DNA from: an uncultured Gammaproteobacteria bacterium
GTDB taxonomy: Bacteria > Pseudomonadota > Gammaproteobacteria > Chromatiales > Chromatiaceae
Direction: 5' to 3'
Assembly (NCBI GenBank): GCA_965372385.1
Contig: CBDVCD010000001.1
Span: 1 to 42,519 of the forward strand
DNA length: 42,519 bases
Shown here: piece after piece, positions 42,247 to 42,519 of the stretch
Layout: every line of letters begins with the position of its first letter
Position numbering within the stretch: position 1 is the first letter of the stretch
Translations under genes and position numbers: made by a program
Notes under the pieces: generated by a model
What the model was told of the DNA's origin: nothing
What the model saw: the letters and a program-made list of their open reading frames with translations, nothing else
Databases searched by the model: none

Positions 42247-42519
42247 TCAATGCGACGGAATAAACTGATAGCGGTGCACCATGTGGACAAAATCCTGCAA
42301 GGCTTTGATGTTGGTCGCCTCAGCCTGCGCACACCACTGCCGCAGGGCCTCCAGCCGTATCCCATGACTTGACGCCTTCTGCTCCCAGATCTCATGCAGT
42401 CGCAACTTGAATTGATAGACGGTGGCAAGTACTGAGCTCTGATCCAGCACCTCACCCAGCCTGATGCGTTCAACATCACTCAAAAGTACCGTCTCCCGCC
42501 GCGCCATCCGCTGGGCATA
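42247..42519 (-). CDS. C-terminal part of a protein running off the window. It resembles the C-terminal extension I associate with proteobacterial fatty-acid desaturase-family proteins (low certainty).
   Basis: The frame stays open to the window edge (YAQRMARRETVLL...). The motif LRQWCAQAEATNIKALQDF is recalled from memory only. Confidence 0.4.
   Translation of the reverse strand, partial: YAQRMARRETVLLSDVERIRLGEVLDQSSVLATVYQFKLRLHEIWEQKASSHGIRLEALRQWCAQAEATNIKALQDFVHMVHRYQFIPSH

Overview
This looks like a chromosomal window from a GC-rich proteobacterium. Gene content (DsrE-like protein, multihaem cytochromes, ATP-citrate-lyase-like genes) suggests a gammaproteobacterial sulfur-oxidising chemoautotroph or symbiont. 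That is an inference from content, not a database hit. All calls come from reading the ORF track and sequence by eye and from remembered family motifs. No search was run.

Housekeeping genes: ppnN, oxyR, glk, uvrD, hemW, rpmE, a phosphofructokinase, and an ABC/FtsX/AttH-like operon.

Accessory or unusual regions:
- 1-2767: a visibly AT-richer three-gene module of multihaem cytochrome c, cytochrome b and multihaem cytochrome c.
- 14724-17449: a four-gene operon of rubrerythrin, a CCG-domain Fe-S protein, an EncFtn-like ferritin and DUF3501.
- 20.7-23.8 kb: a toxin-antitoxin islet (vapBC, parDE, HigBA-like). Two of the three toxin genes are broken.
- 28740-31835: a large haem-c/GAF/PAS/GGDEF/EAL sensor.
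- 37.7-42.2 kb: a decaying region holding a beta-helix protein gene and an ATP-citrate-lyase-like locus.

The strongest signal not captured by the ORF track is a dense population of small non-coding repeat elements, at least five families. Two are MITE-like insertions with terminal inverted repeats and target-site duplications. They split genes at 38857-38993 and 41495-41731, and in each case removing the element plus one duplication copy rejoins the flanking ORFs in the same codon phase.

There are also several gene remnants: pyruvate kinase, cytochrome c peroxidase, vapC, a RelE-like toxin and an ACL-beta-like gene. Together these suggest ongoing genome erosion, or alternatively sequencing or assembly error, which read-level data must exclude.

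I saw no rRNA, tRNA or CRISPR array.
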